A stretch of DNA of 34,997 nt from Leptolyngbyaceae cyanobacterium (GCA_050331235.1 JBHJHA010000091.1:1-34997), one strand, 5' to 3'; counted from the first letter of the stretch, positions 9,116 to 19,986 are shown. Numbers and translations: made by a program. The notes: generated from the sequence alone by a model not told the origin.

Positions 9116-10150
9116 CTATAGATCAGCAGCGCGGCGGGCGGCTCCGATCAGGCCAACTTGGGGATTCAAGACAATCTTCACCGGAATATCCTCCAATAGG
9201 GGGCGCATGCGACCTTTGTGGGTAAATGCTCCGATAAAGGTGTCTTGGGTCATGAGGGTGAGATTTTTAGCTGCAATGCCGCCCGCCACATACAGTCCGC
9301 CGTAGGGCAAAAGCTTAAGCGCGAGATTTCCAGCTTCGGCTCCATAGGCACCCACAAACAACTCCATAGTCTGGATCGCGAGGGTGTCTTCCGCCGCCTG
9401 GGCTGCTTGGGAAATCGCCGCAGCGGGGTCCACGGTTTTGGTCCGACCGGCTTCTTTTTCCCATGTAGAGACAATCTTGGCTAATTGGGGAGATTCTTGG
9501 GCAGCGTCGCGATCGCGCAAAAACTGATAAATCGCGACGATGCCCTGCCCAGAGACCACCCGCTCAGCGGAAATCCGCGCAATTTGATGCTTGTCCAGCA
9601 GGTAGCGAAGTAGCTGAAATTCCAGCTCTGAACGAGGTGCAAAATCGGCGTGCCCGCCCTCTGAGGGAAACACTTGAAATTTTTCGCCTTGGCGGATCAA
9701 AAAGCCCTGTCCCAAACCCGTGCCGGCACCGATGATGCCAATTGGGGCGTTCTCATCATGGTTGCCGGCCTGTAGCAGGTGCAAATCCTCGTCTTCCAGT
9801 CCCAGCACCCCATAGCCAATGGCGGCAAAATCGTTGATCAGTTCGGCTGATTCCAAGTCAAGTGCCTGGGCTAAGCGATCGCCATCTAGGTTCCAAGTCA
9901 AGTTGGTAAGCTTGGAAGTATTTTTGACCACGGGTCCCGCAATGGCAAAGCAGGCCCGAGTCGGTTGGCCATCAGTACACCCTTGCTCCGCTGCCTCCGC
10001 CAGAAAAGTTTCCACCATCGGCACCAAGTCAGGGAACGCTTGGGAAGCGTATTCCTTTTCATAACGGGTCTTAAGCGACGTATTATCCGCGGCAACCAGC
10101 CTCAGGATCGTTTTGGTACCGCCGATGTCTCCCGCCAGGAGATACCCCAT
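9116..10150 (-). CDS. glk: Glucokinase
   Basis: LAGDIGGTKT, CFAIAGPV, LINDF, GAGTGLG, PSEGGHADF, SAERVVSG, GGLYVAGGIA. Confidence 0.96.
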   Translation of the reverse strand: MGYLLAGDIGGTKTILRLVAADNTSLKTRYEKEYASQAFPDLVPMVETFLAEAAEQGCTDGQPTRACFAIAGPVVKNTSKLTNLTWNLDGDRLAQALDLESAELINDFAAIGYGVLGLEDEDLHLLQAGNHDENAPIGIIGAGTGLGQGFLIRQGEKFQVFPSEGGHADFAPRSELEFQLLRYLLDKHQIARISAERVVSGQGIVAIYQFLRDRDAAQESPQLAKIVSTWEKEAGRTKTVDPAAAISQAAQAAEDTLAIQTMELFVGAYGAEAGNLALKLLPYGGLYVAGGIAAKNLTLMTQDTFIGAFTHKGRMRPLLEDIPVKIVLNPQVGLIGAARRAADL

Positions 10151-10573
10151 GACTTATCCCTCGATGCAAAGATTCAGTTCTATCGTGTCAATAATCCTAT
10201 TTTTTCACACCCCTAGCCGAATTCGGCAGCCAAAGTTCGGAATGCGCCATTGATTGCGTGTGAGATGAAGTTTCCTAAATCAAACTCAATCGCGCCCTAC
10301 GGGTGTTGGGTCTGAGCCGTAGCCATACCCCCAATAATTGACACTGCGTAGAACAATAGAAGTGTGGGGATTTTGCCGGCTTGGGGAATGCTTGAAGACA
10401 GAAGTCGTATCGTATGGGCAAAGATGCGATCGCTAGCCACTTTAGCGATTTAGCAGCCCACTTCTTGGAGCTTCGCCATGGGCATGACTAACCGCGAGCG
10501 GAGCATCAGCTGACCCAGCCGCGGTTTCCAACCACAGTGTCAAACATCGCAGTCCCCCGCAGGAGCTTACAGG

Positions 10574-10846
10574 ATGGTTTTACAGTTACTCTTAGCCCCC
10601 GTAACGGCCCCATTTACTGGCGTCACGTGGATTGCTGAAAAGATTTTAGATCAGGTTGAAGAGGCAACCGACGAGCTAGAGGCTTTGCAAAAGGAACTCC
10701 TCACGCTGCAGCTCGCCTTTGACATGGGTGACGTTTCTGAAGCAGAGTTTGAGGACCGCGAAGAAGAATTCCTCTTACAAATCCAGGCGATTCAGGACAC
10801 CCGGGCCGAGGCTGCAGCCCAGGCTGACGACCTGGTTGATGGTTAG
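10574..10846 (+). CDS. gvpG: Gas vesicle protein GvpG
   Basis: LLLAPVTAP..GV.WIAEKI...LQKELL.LQLAFDMGDVSEAEFE.REEE.LLQIQ matches the cyanobacterial GvpG pattern; AGGAG RBS upstream. Confidence 0.85.
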   Translation: MVLQLLLAPVTAPFTGVTWIAEKILDQVEEATDELEALQKELLTLQLAFDMGDVSEAEFEDREEEFLLQIQAIQDTRAEAAAQADDLVDG

Positions 10847-10884
10847 CTGTGGGCAACAGCAGCAACTGGGCGTTGTATTCACAT

Positions 10885-11400
10885 CTACGCCATGCGGCGC
10901 AGTTCAGAACAAAAAGATGCCATCTGTAGACCGTCAGTCCGTTTCACTAGACTGGTTCGCATTCTGAGATTGGGGTTGACGTACCACAGTCGCTCGTCGG
11001 AGTGAAACTGATCGTTGCGTATGCTGAGATTCAAGCTGCCGGCTTCTAGCTGATACTGGCCCATGACGGCCGCTTCTTGATCGGTTTGGCTGATAAAAGT
11101 GCCCGCTTGTTCGTCATCAGATTTGAGCCAAAGTAGTAACGTCTTACGCTCAGGGGTGGCAGTGCCGCTACCGTAGGTATTTGATTGTCCCGCCTGCTCT
11201 ACTGACAGGACCAAGACGACCCGGTTGGCATCGGCATCAAATTGCTGACACAGGCCTGTAACCCGAACATCGCTGGCGGACATCTGCGCGATCTTGAGCG
11301 TGGTTTGCCCAGTTTGGGAAGGATGACTGGGCAAAAAATGGGTCGTACGTTGAGAAAACCAAGTGCCTTCAACCGTTTCAAAAAAATTAACGATACTCAT
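10885..11400 (-). CDS. CpcS/CpeS-family phycobiliprotein lyase (CpcS/CpcU-like)
   Basis: FFE...GTWFSQRTTH at the N-terminus, ERLWYVNPNLRMRTS and MASFCSELRR at the C-terminus; ATG at 11400. Confidence 0.9.
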   Translation of the reverse strand: MSIVNFFETVEGTWFSQRTTHFLPSHPSQTGQTTLKIAQMSASDVRVTGLCQQFDADANRVVLVLSVEQAGQSNTYGSGTATPERKTLLLWLKSDDEQAGTFISQTDQEAAVMGQYQLEAGSLNLSIRNDQFHSDERLWYVNPNLRMRTSLVKRTDGLQMASFCSELRRMA

Positions 11401-11574
11401 GCCGATGTCTGACGGGGCTTCAAATGTGCTTGTTACCTTTATTCTACGTTGAAGCGATCGCCTTCCCGCAGGCAAAAAGCAGCAACGCCCCAGGGGGCTG
11501 GCGGTTCCGGTCTTCACTGAATGTTACGCTAGCGATTACGCTTAAAAACTTTCGTAAACGCAGGTAAAGCTTCA

Positions 11575-12645
11575 ATGACTGGTTTGAATCAGGATCCTCT
11601 ATTGCTTCGGGCGGCTCGTGGCGAATCGGTTGAGCGCCCTCCGGTATGGATGATGCGACAAGCTGGTCGCTACATGAAGGTCTATCGTGATCTGCGAGAA
11701 AAATATCCTTCTTTCCGCGAGCGCTCTGAGAATCCCGAGTTGGCGATCGAAATTTCGCTTCAGCCCTGGCGTGCGTTCCGTCCCGATGGCGTCATTATGT
11801 TTTCCGATATTTTGACCCCGCTGACCGGCATGGGCATTCCCTTTGACATTGTGGAAAGCAAAGGCCCCATTATTGATCCGCCTATTCGAACCCAGGCTCA
11901 GATAGACGCCGTCCATGAATTAGAGCCTGACAGTGCGACGCCTTACATCCGCACTATTTTGAGTTCTCTGCGGGCTGAAGTTGGTAACGAAGCCGCCGTT
12001 TTGGGATTTGTGGGGTCACCCTGGACTCTGGCAGCTTATGCCGTTGAGGGACGGACTTCGAAAACTTATTCCAACATCAAGGGGATGGCCTTTTCCGAGC
12101 CGGAGATGCTGCACCAGTTACTGAGTAAACTCGCCGACAACATTGGTACCTATGCTTGCCACCAAATTGAGTGTGGGGCCCAGGTGGTACAGCTCTTTGA
12201 CTCTTGGGCTGGTCAGTTGAGCCCTATGGACTACCGCACCTTTGCGTTGCCCTATCAGCAGCAGGTCGTTCGTAAGGTTAAGGCCAAGCACCCAGAGACG
12301 CCGCTTATTCTCTACATCAGCGGTAGCGCGGGGGTGTTGGACCTGATGGGCGAGTCAGGAGTCGATATCGTCAGCGTTGACTGGACGGTGGATATGGCCG
12401 AAGCCCGACGGCGGTTGGGACCCGATATGGCTGTACAGGGAAATGTTGATCCGGCGGCGCTGTTTGGCTCCAAAGAGTTTATTCGCGATCGCATTTTTGA
12501 CACGGTGAAAAAAGCCGGTTCGCAGGGGCACATTCTCAACCTGGGTCACGGCATTTTGCCAGGCACCCCGGAAGAAAACGCCGCCTTCTTCTTTGAAACA
12601 GGTAAGAATTTGGATCAACTGCTGGCTGTACCCGCCTCGGTTTAA
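11575..12645 (+). CDS. hemE: Uroporphyrinogen decarboxylase
   Basis: [32 protein letters not shown]. Confidence 0.98.
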   Translation: MTGLNQDPLLLRAARGESVERPPVWMMRQAGRYMKVYRDLREKYPSFRERSENPELAIEISLQPWRAFRPDGVIMFSDILTPLTGMGIPFDIVESKGPIIDPPIRTQAQIDAVHELEPDSATPYIRTILSSLRAEVGNEAAVLGFVGSPWTLAAYAVEGRTSKTYSNIKGMAFSEPEMLHQLLSKLADNIGTYACHQIECGAQVVQLFDSWAGQLSPMDYRTFALPYQQQVVRKVKAKHPETPLILYISGSAGVLDLMGESGVDIVSVDWTVDMAEARRRLGPDMAVQGNVDPAALFGSKEFIRDRIFDTVKKAGSQGHILNLGHGILPGTPEENAAFFFETGKNLDQLLAVPASV

Positions 12646-12755
12646 TCATCAACCGAGTGATACGCTGGGATCACCGCGCATTCAGTCTCCCCTGTTACGA
12701 ATTGCCAGCTGATCAAGACCCCAGCCGGCGTTCCGGCGAATGGTAGGCTGGCGCG

Positions 12756-13769
12756 GTGAGCGTCAATTTTCCTCGCAATGCGGTGTCTGATCTAAACCAA
12801 CCTTCTGCAAATAGCGTTTCCCAACGTATCTTCATTACGGGAGCCAGTGGCTGCATTGGTCACTACCTCGTAGAAACGCTGATAAGCCGGACTGCCCATG
12901 AGCTAATTCTGCTGGTCAGAAATCCCGCCAAGCTGCTGTTTAGCTGGCAGGATGAACCCCGCATTCAGGTTATTCAAGACGATATTCGCAACATTGCAAC
13001 TCACGCGGAGCTGCTAAAAACCGTCGATACAGCCATTTTGTCAGCAACGTCTTGGGGCGGGGCTCCGGAAATTTATGACATTAATGTGGCGGGCAACCAT
13101 CGCCTCATGGAGCTACTAGCAGGCGATCGCTGCCAGCAGGTCATTTATTTCTCAACGGCCAGCATTTAAGATAGTCATCACCTGCCGTTGAAAGAAGCGG
13201 GGGAAATCGGTACCGATTATATTCGCAGCAAATATCAGTGCTACGTCGATCTCCCTCTGCTGTCGATCTATCCCAAGGTAACGACAGTCTTCCCGACCCT
13301 GGTGTTTGGCGGCGACAAAGATAAACCGTACTCCCACATATCCGCTGGCATCCAAGAGGTGACGAATTGGATTGGTCTGATCCGCTTTTTAAAGGCGGAT
13401 GGCAGCTTTCATTTTGCCCATGGCAAAGACATTGCTTTGGTGGTGACCCATCTTGTTGATCAGCCGCCGGGACCGCAAGATGCTCGGCAAGTCGTCATTG
13501 GCAACCCGGCACTCACCATTGATCGCACGGTCGAAGAGGTGTGTGATTACCTCCACAAGCGGATCTATTTCCGCATTCCTTTATCCTTGTGGCTGGCTGA
13601 CCGCATTATCGACTGGTTCAACATTCGCATGGCCGAGTGGGATCGGTTTTGCTTAAAATATCGACATTTTGTCTACGCCAACCCCGTATATCCAGAAAAG
13701 CTGGGGATGCAGCCCTATTGCCCAACGGTGGCTGATCTGATGCAGGTTAGTGGAGTCAAGCCGGGTTGA
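12756..13769 (+). pseudogene. NAD(P)-dependent epimerase/dehydratase interrupted by one in-frame TAA (13167-13169)
   Basis: ITGASGCIG Rossmann motif in the first ORF and YIRSK catalytic motif in the second; both are in the same frame, joined as FSTASI*DSHHLPLKEAGE. Confidence 0.8.
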
Positions 13770-13823
13770 GTAATACGCTCGTTCTCATTAGAATCATAGG
13801 AACCTGCAAACTGGCCTTTGAAC

Positions 13824-14960
13824 ATGGCGATAATTTCCTCGAAATCTGCACCTGAGCCTCAACCCTCAGATGGGCAGAAGACTGAAGCGGGCGGGGCGTT
13901 GTCTGAGGTGCCGTCGTCGCCTTCGCTGGTGCGATCGCCGCCGCTAGACGCAACGCCCACAGCAGTGCCCGTCGAAGATGGCCTGCGACCGCAGCGGCTA
14001 GCGGACTATATCGGCCAAAAATCGCTTAAAGAGGTTTTGGATATTGCCATCCGCGCCGCTCAGTCAAGGGAGGAACCGCTCGATCATCTGCTGCTATATG
14101 GCCCGCCCGGACTGGGTAAAACCACCATGGCCCTGATTTTGGCCCAGGAAATGAAGGTCGATTGCAAGATCACAACGGCTCCTGCTCTAGAGCGTCCACG
14201 AGACATTGCAGGACTGTTGGTCAATCTCAAGCCCGGCGACATTCTCTTTGTCGATGAAATTCATCGATTGTCCCGCGTGACAGAAGAAATTTTGTACCCG
14301 GCGATGGAAGACTCACGCCTAGACATCACCATCGGTAAAGGTCAGAGTGCTCGGACCCGGAGCATCCCCCTACATCCATTTACGCTGGTCGGGGCCACCA
14401 CCCGTGTGGGGGCGTTGACGTCACCGCTACGGGATCGATTTGGCCTGATCCAGCGATTGCGCTTCTACGAGGTTGATGAGCTGACCCAGATCGTTTGCCG
14501 GACTGCCCAGGTATTGAAGACGGCGATCCAGCCGGACGGAGCGGAGGAAATTGCTCGGCGATCGCGGGGGACCCCCCGAATTGCTAATCGGCTGCTCAAA
14601 CGGGTGCGCGATTACGTCGAAGTCAAAAAAACTGGCACTATCAATCAGGCGATCGCCGCTGAAGCCCTAGAACTTTTTAATGTGGACCCCTGTGGTCTCG
14701 ACTGGACTGACCGACGGCTTTTATCAGTAATGATCGAAAACTTTAATGGGGGACCCGTCGGCCTCGATACTATGGCTGCGGCGACCGGCGAAGATGCCCA
14801 AACCATTGAGGAAGTGTATGAACCCTACCTGATGCAGTTGGGCTATCTGCAGCGTACCCCCCGAGGGCGCGTGGTTACCCGGGCCGCCTGCCGTCACCTT
14901 GGGTACGAAGATTCGGCGGTCCCTGATTTTCATGTTGAGCAGCAGCTTTCTATTATGTGA
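13824..14960 (+). CDS. ruvB: Holliday junction branch migration helicase RuvB
   Basis: [56 protein letters not shown]. Confidence 0.98.
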   Translation: MAIISSKSAPEPQPSDGQKTEAGGALSEVPSSPSLVRSPPLDATPTAVPVEDGLRPQRLADYIGQKSLKEVLDIAIRAAQSREEPLDHLLLYGPPGLGKTTMALILAQEMKVDCKITTAPALERPRDIAGLLVNLKPGDILFVDEIHRLSRVTEEILYPAMEDSRLDITIGKGQSARTRSIPLHPFTLVGATTRVGALTSPLRDRFGLIQRLRFYEVDELTQIVCRTAQVLKTAIQPDGAEEIARRSRGTPRIANRLLKRVRDYVEVKKTGTINQAIAAEALELFNVDPCGLDWTDRRLLSVMIENFNGGPVGLDTMAAATGEDAQTIEEVYEPYLMQLGYLQRTPRGRVVTRAACRHLGYEDSAVPDFHVEQQLSIM

Positions 14961-15135
14961 CATGAGCGTCGACGACATAGCGCTACATGTAGTGGCGGCC
15001 AGTAAGTAACGGCACTAATAAATTTACAGAGAAAAGCTCGACATTTACACGAAGTTCAGTACAATACAGCGTCATGGCGTCCAGTCAGCGGGTCTCGGGT
15101 AAATGCTGGCGCTCGATTGTTTTGGAACTTTGCTT

Positions 15136-16050
15136 ATGACCTCGGTTGTCACTCGGCCCCATAGTAACTACGACAGGCTGCCAGATAATGTGCGTTCTAC
15201 GTTGCAGCAGCGTTTACAGCGTACTCGCCTTGACAGTCTTGTTGCCTCTGACCCTAGAGCTACTGCGGCTCAGGACAGCCCGACAACGCCGCCACCCCAG
15301 TCAAAGGTGCCTAGTGCCACTGGACCCGCGATGGCAGCCAAACCGCAGATACCTGGCTCGCCAACGGCGAACCCTCGGCGAGACGTTGTGGTTACCCTGC
15401 AGAATGTTTCCAAGTGCTATCCCAAAGGCCATCAGGCCCTCATTGATGTCAATTTGCAACTACACAAGGGGGATTTCCTCTTCATTACGGGGCCTTCGGG
15501 GGCCGGCAAATCAACTTTGCTCAAGCTACTTTATGGCCAAGAGCGCCCAACCACTGGAGAGGTTGTGATTGAAGGCACTCCCATTAGTCGTTTGCGCGGC
15601 AATCAACTGGCCAAAGTTCGGCGACGGATTGGTGTAGTTTTCCAAGATTACAAATTGATCCCCCGGCGCACCGTAGCAGAAAATGTAGCTTTCGTTTTAT
15701 GGGCCCAAGGTTACTCACGTAAGGAAATCCATCGACGACTCTGGCCTACTCTCAAGATGGTTGGTCTACAAGACAAGTCGGAGTCTTTTCCCTCTGAGCT
15801 GTCCGGTGGTGAACAACAGCGGGTTAGTATTGCCCGTGCTGTCGTTGGAACTCCCCCGTTACTTTTAGCCGATGAGCCCACCGGCAACCTCGATCCTGAT
15901 AACGCGCTACAGGTGATCAAAATCTTGAAAAAGCTGAATTCGATTGGTATCACTGTGGTCGTAACGACCCACAACGAGCAGTTGGTCAGGGTCTCTAATC
16001 ATCCGGTTGTGCAACTTAAGGACTGTCACCTTCGTCATTTGCGCAAATAG
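15136..16050 (+). CDS. ftsE: Cell division ATP-binding protein FtsE with long N-terminal extension
   Basis: [51 protein letters not shown]; start uncertain. Confidence 0.88.
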   Translation: MTSVVTRPHSNYDRLPDNVRSTLQQRLQRTRLDSLVASDPRATAAQDSPTTPPPQSKVPSATGPAMAAKPQIPGSPTANPRRDVVVTLQNVSKCYPKGHQALIDVNLQLHKGDFLFITGPSGAGKSTLLKLLYGQERPTTGEVVIEGTPISRLRGNQLAKVRRRIGVVFQDYKLIPRRTVAENVAFVLWAQGYSRKEIHRRLWPTLKMVGLQDKSESFPSELSGGEQQRVSIARAVVGTPPLLLADEPTGNLDPDNALQVIKILKKLNSIGITVVVTTHNEQLVRVSNHPVVQLKDCHLRHLRK

Positions 16051-16392
16051 CAGATTCATCGGTATCAGTCACCTGCCGATCTCAGTGCTAGCGATCGCTC
16101 GCCGGTCATGTTGCAGAGTCATCACTATCGGTGCCGCATCAATCCTCCTGCACCCCTGCCACCCATGGATCAAATGCCTGCTTTTATCGTCTGATAAGGC
16201 TGACTTCAAGAGTTTTTCTAGGATAAATGGGAAGTTTCTCATACACTTGTCACAGGTAAGGGTGGCAACTGGGTCAACCTCGACCGGGTCTAATGCGGTC
16301 AGCAGCCTATGGCGATGGGCGATCGCCGACAACCCGGAAAATCACACATCTGAGCGGCGATGTAATGCTCTACAGCACTGGAAGGTAGACAT

Positions 16393-17154
16393 ATGGTCAA
16401 AGTGGTGTCAGTTCACTCCTTTCGAGGAGGTACAGGCAAGTCAAATACGACGGCAAATTTGGCTGCTACGGTAGCCCGTAGTGGCAAGCGCGTCGGCATT
16501 GTCGATACCGATATCCAATCCCCAGGCATTCACGTGCTGTTTGGGTTTGACGAAAGCCATATGAATTTAGCCCTGAATGACTATCTCTGGGGGCGTTGCT
16601 CCGTCGAAGAAGCGGCCTACGATGTTAGCAGCGTTTTAGCGGGGCAAGGTGCCAGGGGCAGCGCTATTTATTTAATTCCTTCTAGCCTCAAAGCTGGAGA
16701 AATTGCCCGGGTGCTACGTGAGGGCTATGACGTGGGCCTGTTGAATGACGGCTTCCAAGGACTGATCCAGCAGCTTAACTTGGATTTTCTCTTTATCGAC
16801 ACCCATCCGGGTTTGAACGAAGAGACGCTGCTCTCCATTACAATTTCTGACGTCTTGCTGTTGATCATGCGCCCAGATCGCCAAGACTTTCAAGGCACGG
16901 CGGTGACGGTCGATATTGCCCGTCGCTTAGAAGTGCCCAAAATGCTGTTGTTGGTCAATAAGGCGCTCTCGTCTTTTGACTTTGTGGCGCTCAAGGCAGA
17001 GGTAGAGGAAACCTATGGCGCTCCTGTGGCGTCAATTTTGCCGTTGACGGAAGAGATGATTCAACTGGGCAGCAGTGATATTTTCAGCCTGCGATTTCCG
17101 GATCATCCGTTGACTCAAACCTATGCCAGCATTGCCAACATGCTGCTGGACTGA
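16393..17154 (+). CDS. MinD/ParA-family ATPase
   Basis: Deviant Walker A HSFRGGTGKSN, switch I VDTDIQSP, switch II IDTHPG, VNK motif. Confidence 0.9.
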   Translation: MVKVVSVHSFRGGTGKSNTTANLAATVARSGKRVGIVDTDIQSPGIHVLFGFDESHMNLALNDYLWGRCSVEEAAYDVSSVLAGQGARGSAIYLIPSSLKAGEIARVLREGYDVGLLNDGFQGLIQQLNLDFLFIDTHPGLNEETLLSITISDVLLLIMRPDRQDFQGTAVTVDIARRLEVPKMLLLVNKALSSFDFVALKAEVEETYGAPVASILPLTEEMIQLGSSDIFSLRFPDHPLTQTYASIANMLLD

Positions 17155-17263
17155 GGGGGCGATGGCCCTCTATAACTTCAAGAATGAGAACTCCGCGTTC
17201 AGTTTCAGTCGAGTAAGCTAAGCTGACTATTGATGAGCGCGCCAAGCAAATAAAGGGATTGTT

Positions 17264-18112
17264 GTGCTGATTCGGACATCTTTACTTTCTGCGTTGACGG
17301 CGATCGGCCTGTGGTCAGTTGCACCACCCGTGAGGGGACAAGCGCTATTGCCCTATGTTCTGCCGTTAGATGCAGAACGATTAGAGGAGCAGGGGTTCTT
17401 TCTGGCCCAGGAAGCAGCACAGTTAGCGGAGCTACAGCAGTATGAGCTGGCGCTGGCTCAAGCCCAATTAGCCGCTCAGCTGGTGCCCGATAGTGCGGCA
17501 ATTTTAGGATTGCTCGGTAGTCTGTATTTGCAAGTCGAAGATTTTGAAGCGTCAATTGAAACCTTAAACCGGGCCAAAACGCTAGAAGCTGATAATGTAG
17601 CCGTTTTGTTTGCCTTAGGAACAGCGCACTTTCGGCAGAGCAACTACGACCAAGCCGCCGATTTTCTCGAGGCCGGACTGGCCATAGAGCCTGACAACCC
17701 AGGGGCGCTGTTTGATTTGGGTAATACTTATTTCAAGCTGGAGGCGTTTGACACGGCGATCGCCCAGTATGAAAAATCCGTTGAGCTGGACCCAGCGTTT
17801 TGGCCTTCGATCAACAATATTGGCTTAGTTCAATACGAACAAGGAGACAAAACGGCTGCTGTGAATCAGTGGAACGAGTCGCTGGAAATTGCCCCCGACG
17901 AACCCGAACCTGAACTCGCGATCGCCGTAGCCGAATTTTCCCAGGGAAATGAGGCAACCGCGTTAGCCATTGGGATTCCTGCGTTGGAAAAAGATAGCCG
18001 TTATGCAGATATTGAGTTTTTGATTCAAAATCTGTGGGGACCGAATTTAATTCAAGATACCGAAGCTTTCTTCAGCCATCCTGAAGTGCAAGCCATTTTG
18101 GTACAGCTTTAG
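17264..18112 (+). CDS. Exported tetratricopeptide-repeat protein
   Basis: Signal-peptide-like N-terminus followed by about five TPR units (LGSLYL, LGTAHF, LGNTYF, IGLVQY). Confidence 0.88.
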   Translation: MLIRTSLLSALTAIGLWSVAPPVRGQALLPYVLPLDAERLEEQGFFLAQEAAQLAELQQYELALAQAQLAAQLVPDSAAILGLLGSLYLQVEDFEASIETLNRAKTLEADNVAVLFALGTAHFRQSNYDQAADFLEAGLAIEPDNPGALFDLGNTYFKLEAFDTAIAQYEKSVELDPAFWPSINNIGLVQYEQGDKTAAVNQWNESLEIAPDEPEPELAIAVAEFSQGNEATALAIGIPALEKDSRYADIEFLIQNLWGPNLIQDTEAFFSHPEVQAILVQL

Positions 18113-18115
18113 ACC

Positions 18116-19333
18116 GTGCAAATGTCGCCGCAAATCGGGAACTTCGAACTGTGCGCCATCATCCGCGATCACATTGCGCAATCTCCAGAGCAGCGCATGA
18201 CATTCGCAGCGTTTATGGACCTGGCGCTATATCAACCTGATCACGGCTACTACAGGGTTGGTAGTAGTCAGTTGGGCATGGCCGGGGACTTCGCGACTTC
18301 AGCTCATTTAGGGCCAGATTTTGCGGAGCTGCTGACAGAGCAACTGGTCGATATGTGGCAGCGACTTGATTGCCCCGATCCGTTTCATGTAATCGAGATG
18401 GGAGCAGGTCAAGGACTCATTGCTGCTGGCATCTTGGCTTACCTAAAGCAGCGATATCCTTCCTGCTTGGCAGCGCTCCGTTACACCTTGATCGAAACGT
18501 CTCCTGCCTTGAGAGGGGCTCAGCAGGCTCGCCTGGCCCGTTGGCAGCCGGAGGTGGCGATTAACTGGGGTGACTTGACCGATCTTTCTCCTGGGTCCGT
18601 GACGGGCTGCATTTTTTCCAATGAGTTAGTGGACGCGCTACCGGTGCATCGGGTAGTTTTGGGCGCTGAAGGTTTACAAGAGCAATACGTGGTTTGCAAC
18701 GAGACCGAACCATTTGCTTTTGAACTCGTACCAGGCCCTCTGTCTACCTCAGCGTTGGCAGACTACTTGGCGGCGGTGGGGGTGGCCATCACAACGCCTG
18801 CTTATCCCTTAGGCTACGTTACCGAAATCAATTTGGCCGCACTCACTTGGTTGGCTGACGTCGCCGACAAGCTTCACCAAGGATATTTACTCACCATCGA
18901 TTATGGCTACGCTGCGGAGCGCTATTATCGCCCGTCGCGATCGCAGGGCACGCTCCAGTGCTACACCCGCCATGCCCACCACAACGAACCTTTGATCAAC
19001 ATAGGCCGACAAGATATTACCGCCCATGTCGATTTCACTGCTTTGGAGCGACAGGGCGATCGCTGTGGCCTTGAGACCTTGGGAAACGTCCCCCAAGAAC
19101 TTTTTCTAATGGCGCTGGGGCTAGGCGATCGGCTCAACCAGCTGGCTCAAATCGAAACCACGGATGTCCAAACCATTCGTGCGGCTCTGCAGCGTCGGGA
19201 GGCCTTGCACCAGCTTATGAACCCTTTGGGTTTGGGCAAATTTAATGTATTGGTTCAAGCGAAGGGATTAACCCAGCCAGCCCAGCGGCAACTCAAAGGA
19301 ACTACGATGCCGCCGCTGACATCGCCGCTCTGA
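18116..19333 (+). CDS. SAM-dependent methyltransferase, MidA/NDUFAF7 family
   Basis: FMDLALY.P..GYY, GDFATS, IEMGAGQG, SNELVDALPV, IDYG, QDITAHVDF. Confidence 0.92.
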   Translation: MQMSPQIGNFELCAIIRDHIAQSPEQRMTFAAFMDLALYQPDHGYYRVGSSQLGMAGDFATSAHLGPDFAELLTEQLVDMWQRLDCPDPFHVIEMGAGQGLIAAGILAYLKQRYPSCLAALRYTLIETSPALRGAQQARLARWQPEVAINWGDLTDLSPGSVTGCIFSNELVDALPVHRVVLGAEGLQEQYVVCNETEPFAFELVPGPLSTSALADYLAAVGVAITTPAYPLGYVTEINLAALTWLADVADKLHQGYLLTIDYGYAAERYYRPSRSQGTLQCYTRHAHHNEPLINIGRQDITAHVDFTALERQGDRCGLETLGNVPQELFLMALGLGDRLNQLAQIETTDVQTIRAALQRREALHQLMNPLGLGKFNVLVQAKGLTQPAQRQLKGTTMPPLTSPL

Positions 19334-19357
19334 TTGCATGGCCAATCAAACCATTGT

Positions 19358-19879
19358 TCACTGTAACTTGCTCTGCAGCGTTTTGAGATATTCCGTATTC
19401 ACCCCGGACTCACGCGTCAAGGCAATTTTGCCAGTGCGGGCGATCTCCCGGAGACCAAAGCGCGACAGAACTTGAACAATCGCCACCATTTTGCCTGGAT
19501 CACCGACCACTTCAACGGTGAGCGAATCTTCTGCGACATCAACCACCCGAGCGCGAAAAATCTGCACCAGTTCCAAAATTTCGGACCGATTGGCGCTCGT
19601 CGCGTTGACTTTGATCAGCATCAACTCCCGCTCAACGCAGGGCACCTCAGTAATGTCTTGAACCTTGAGCACATTAACGAGCTTGTAGAGCTGCTTCGTA
19701 ATTTGCTCGATGACCTGATCGTCTCCTGGCACCATCATTGTAATGCGAGAGACCCCCATCTTTTCCGCAGGCCCCACTGCCAGGCTTTCGATATTGAACC
19801 CTCGCCGGGCAAACAATCCAGCGATGCGCGTGAGGACGCCCGCTTCATCTTCGACTAAAACTGACAGGGTGTGTTTCAT
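19358..19879 (-). CDS. ilvN: Acetolactate synthase small (regulatory) subunit
   Basis: [51 protein letters not shown]. Confidence 0.97.
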   Translation of the reverse strand: MKHTLSVLVEDEAGVLTRIAGLFARRGFNIESLAVGPAEKMGVSRITMMVPGDDQVIEQITKQLYKLVNVLKVQDITEVPCVERELMLIKVNATSANRSEILELVQIFRARVVDVAEDSLTVEVVGDPGKMVAIVQVLSRFGLREIARTGKIALTRESGVNTEYLKTLQSKLQ

Positions 19880-19986
19880 CTTTGAGCAATAGACTGCGCC
19901 CCATTGTCGGTGCGCTGATCAAACAAGAGCTCATCGTAGCTTGAGGGAGGCGTTTTGTTAAGGGGTTTGGAAATTCATCTCGTGAT

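Noticed and set aside
10151..10573. Remnant of gvpF or gvpK upstream of gvpG
   Set aside because: No recognisable Gvp peptide seen by eye; a tBLASTn search would be needed to exclude it fully.
16361..16374. TGTA-N6-TACA as an NtcA site
   Set aside because: NtcA requires GTA-N8-TAC spacing; kept only as an unassigned palindrome.
16007..16474. 155-aa ORF bridging ftsE and the MinD/ParA gene (considered as ftsX or a partner)
   Set aside because: Overlaps both real genes, has no FtsX topology and has atypical composition.
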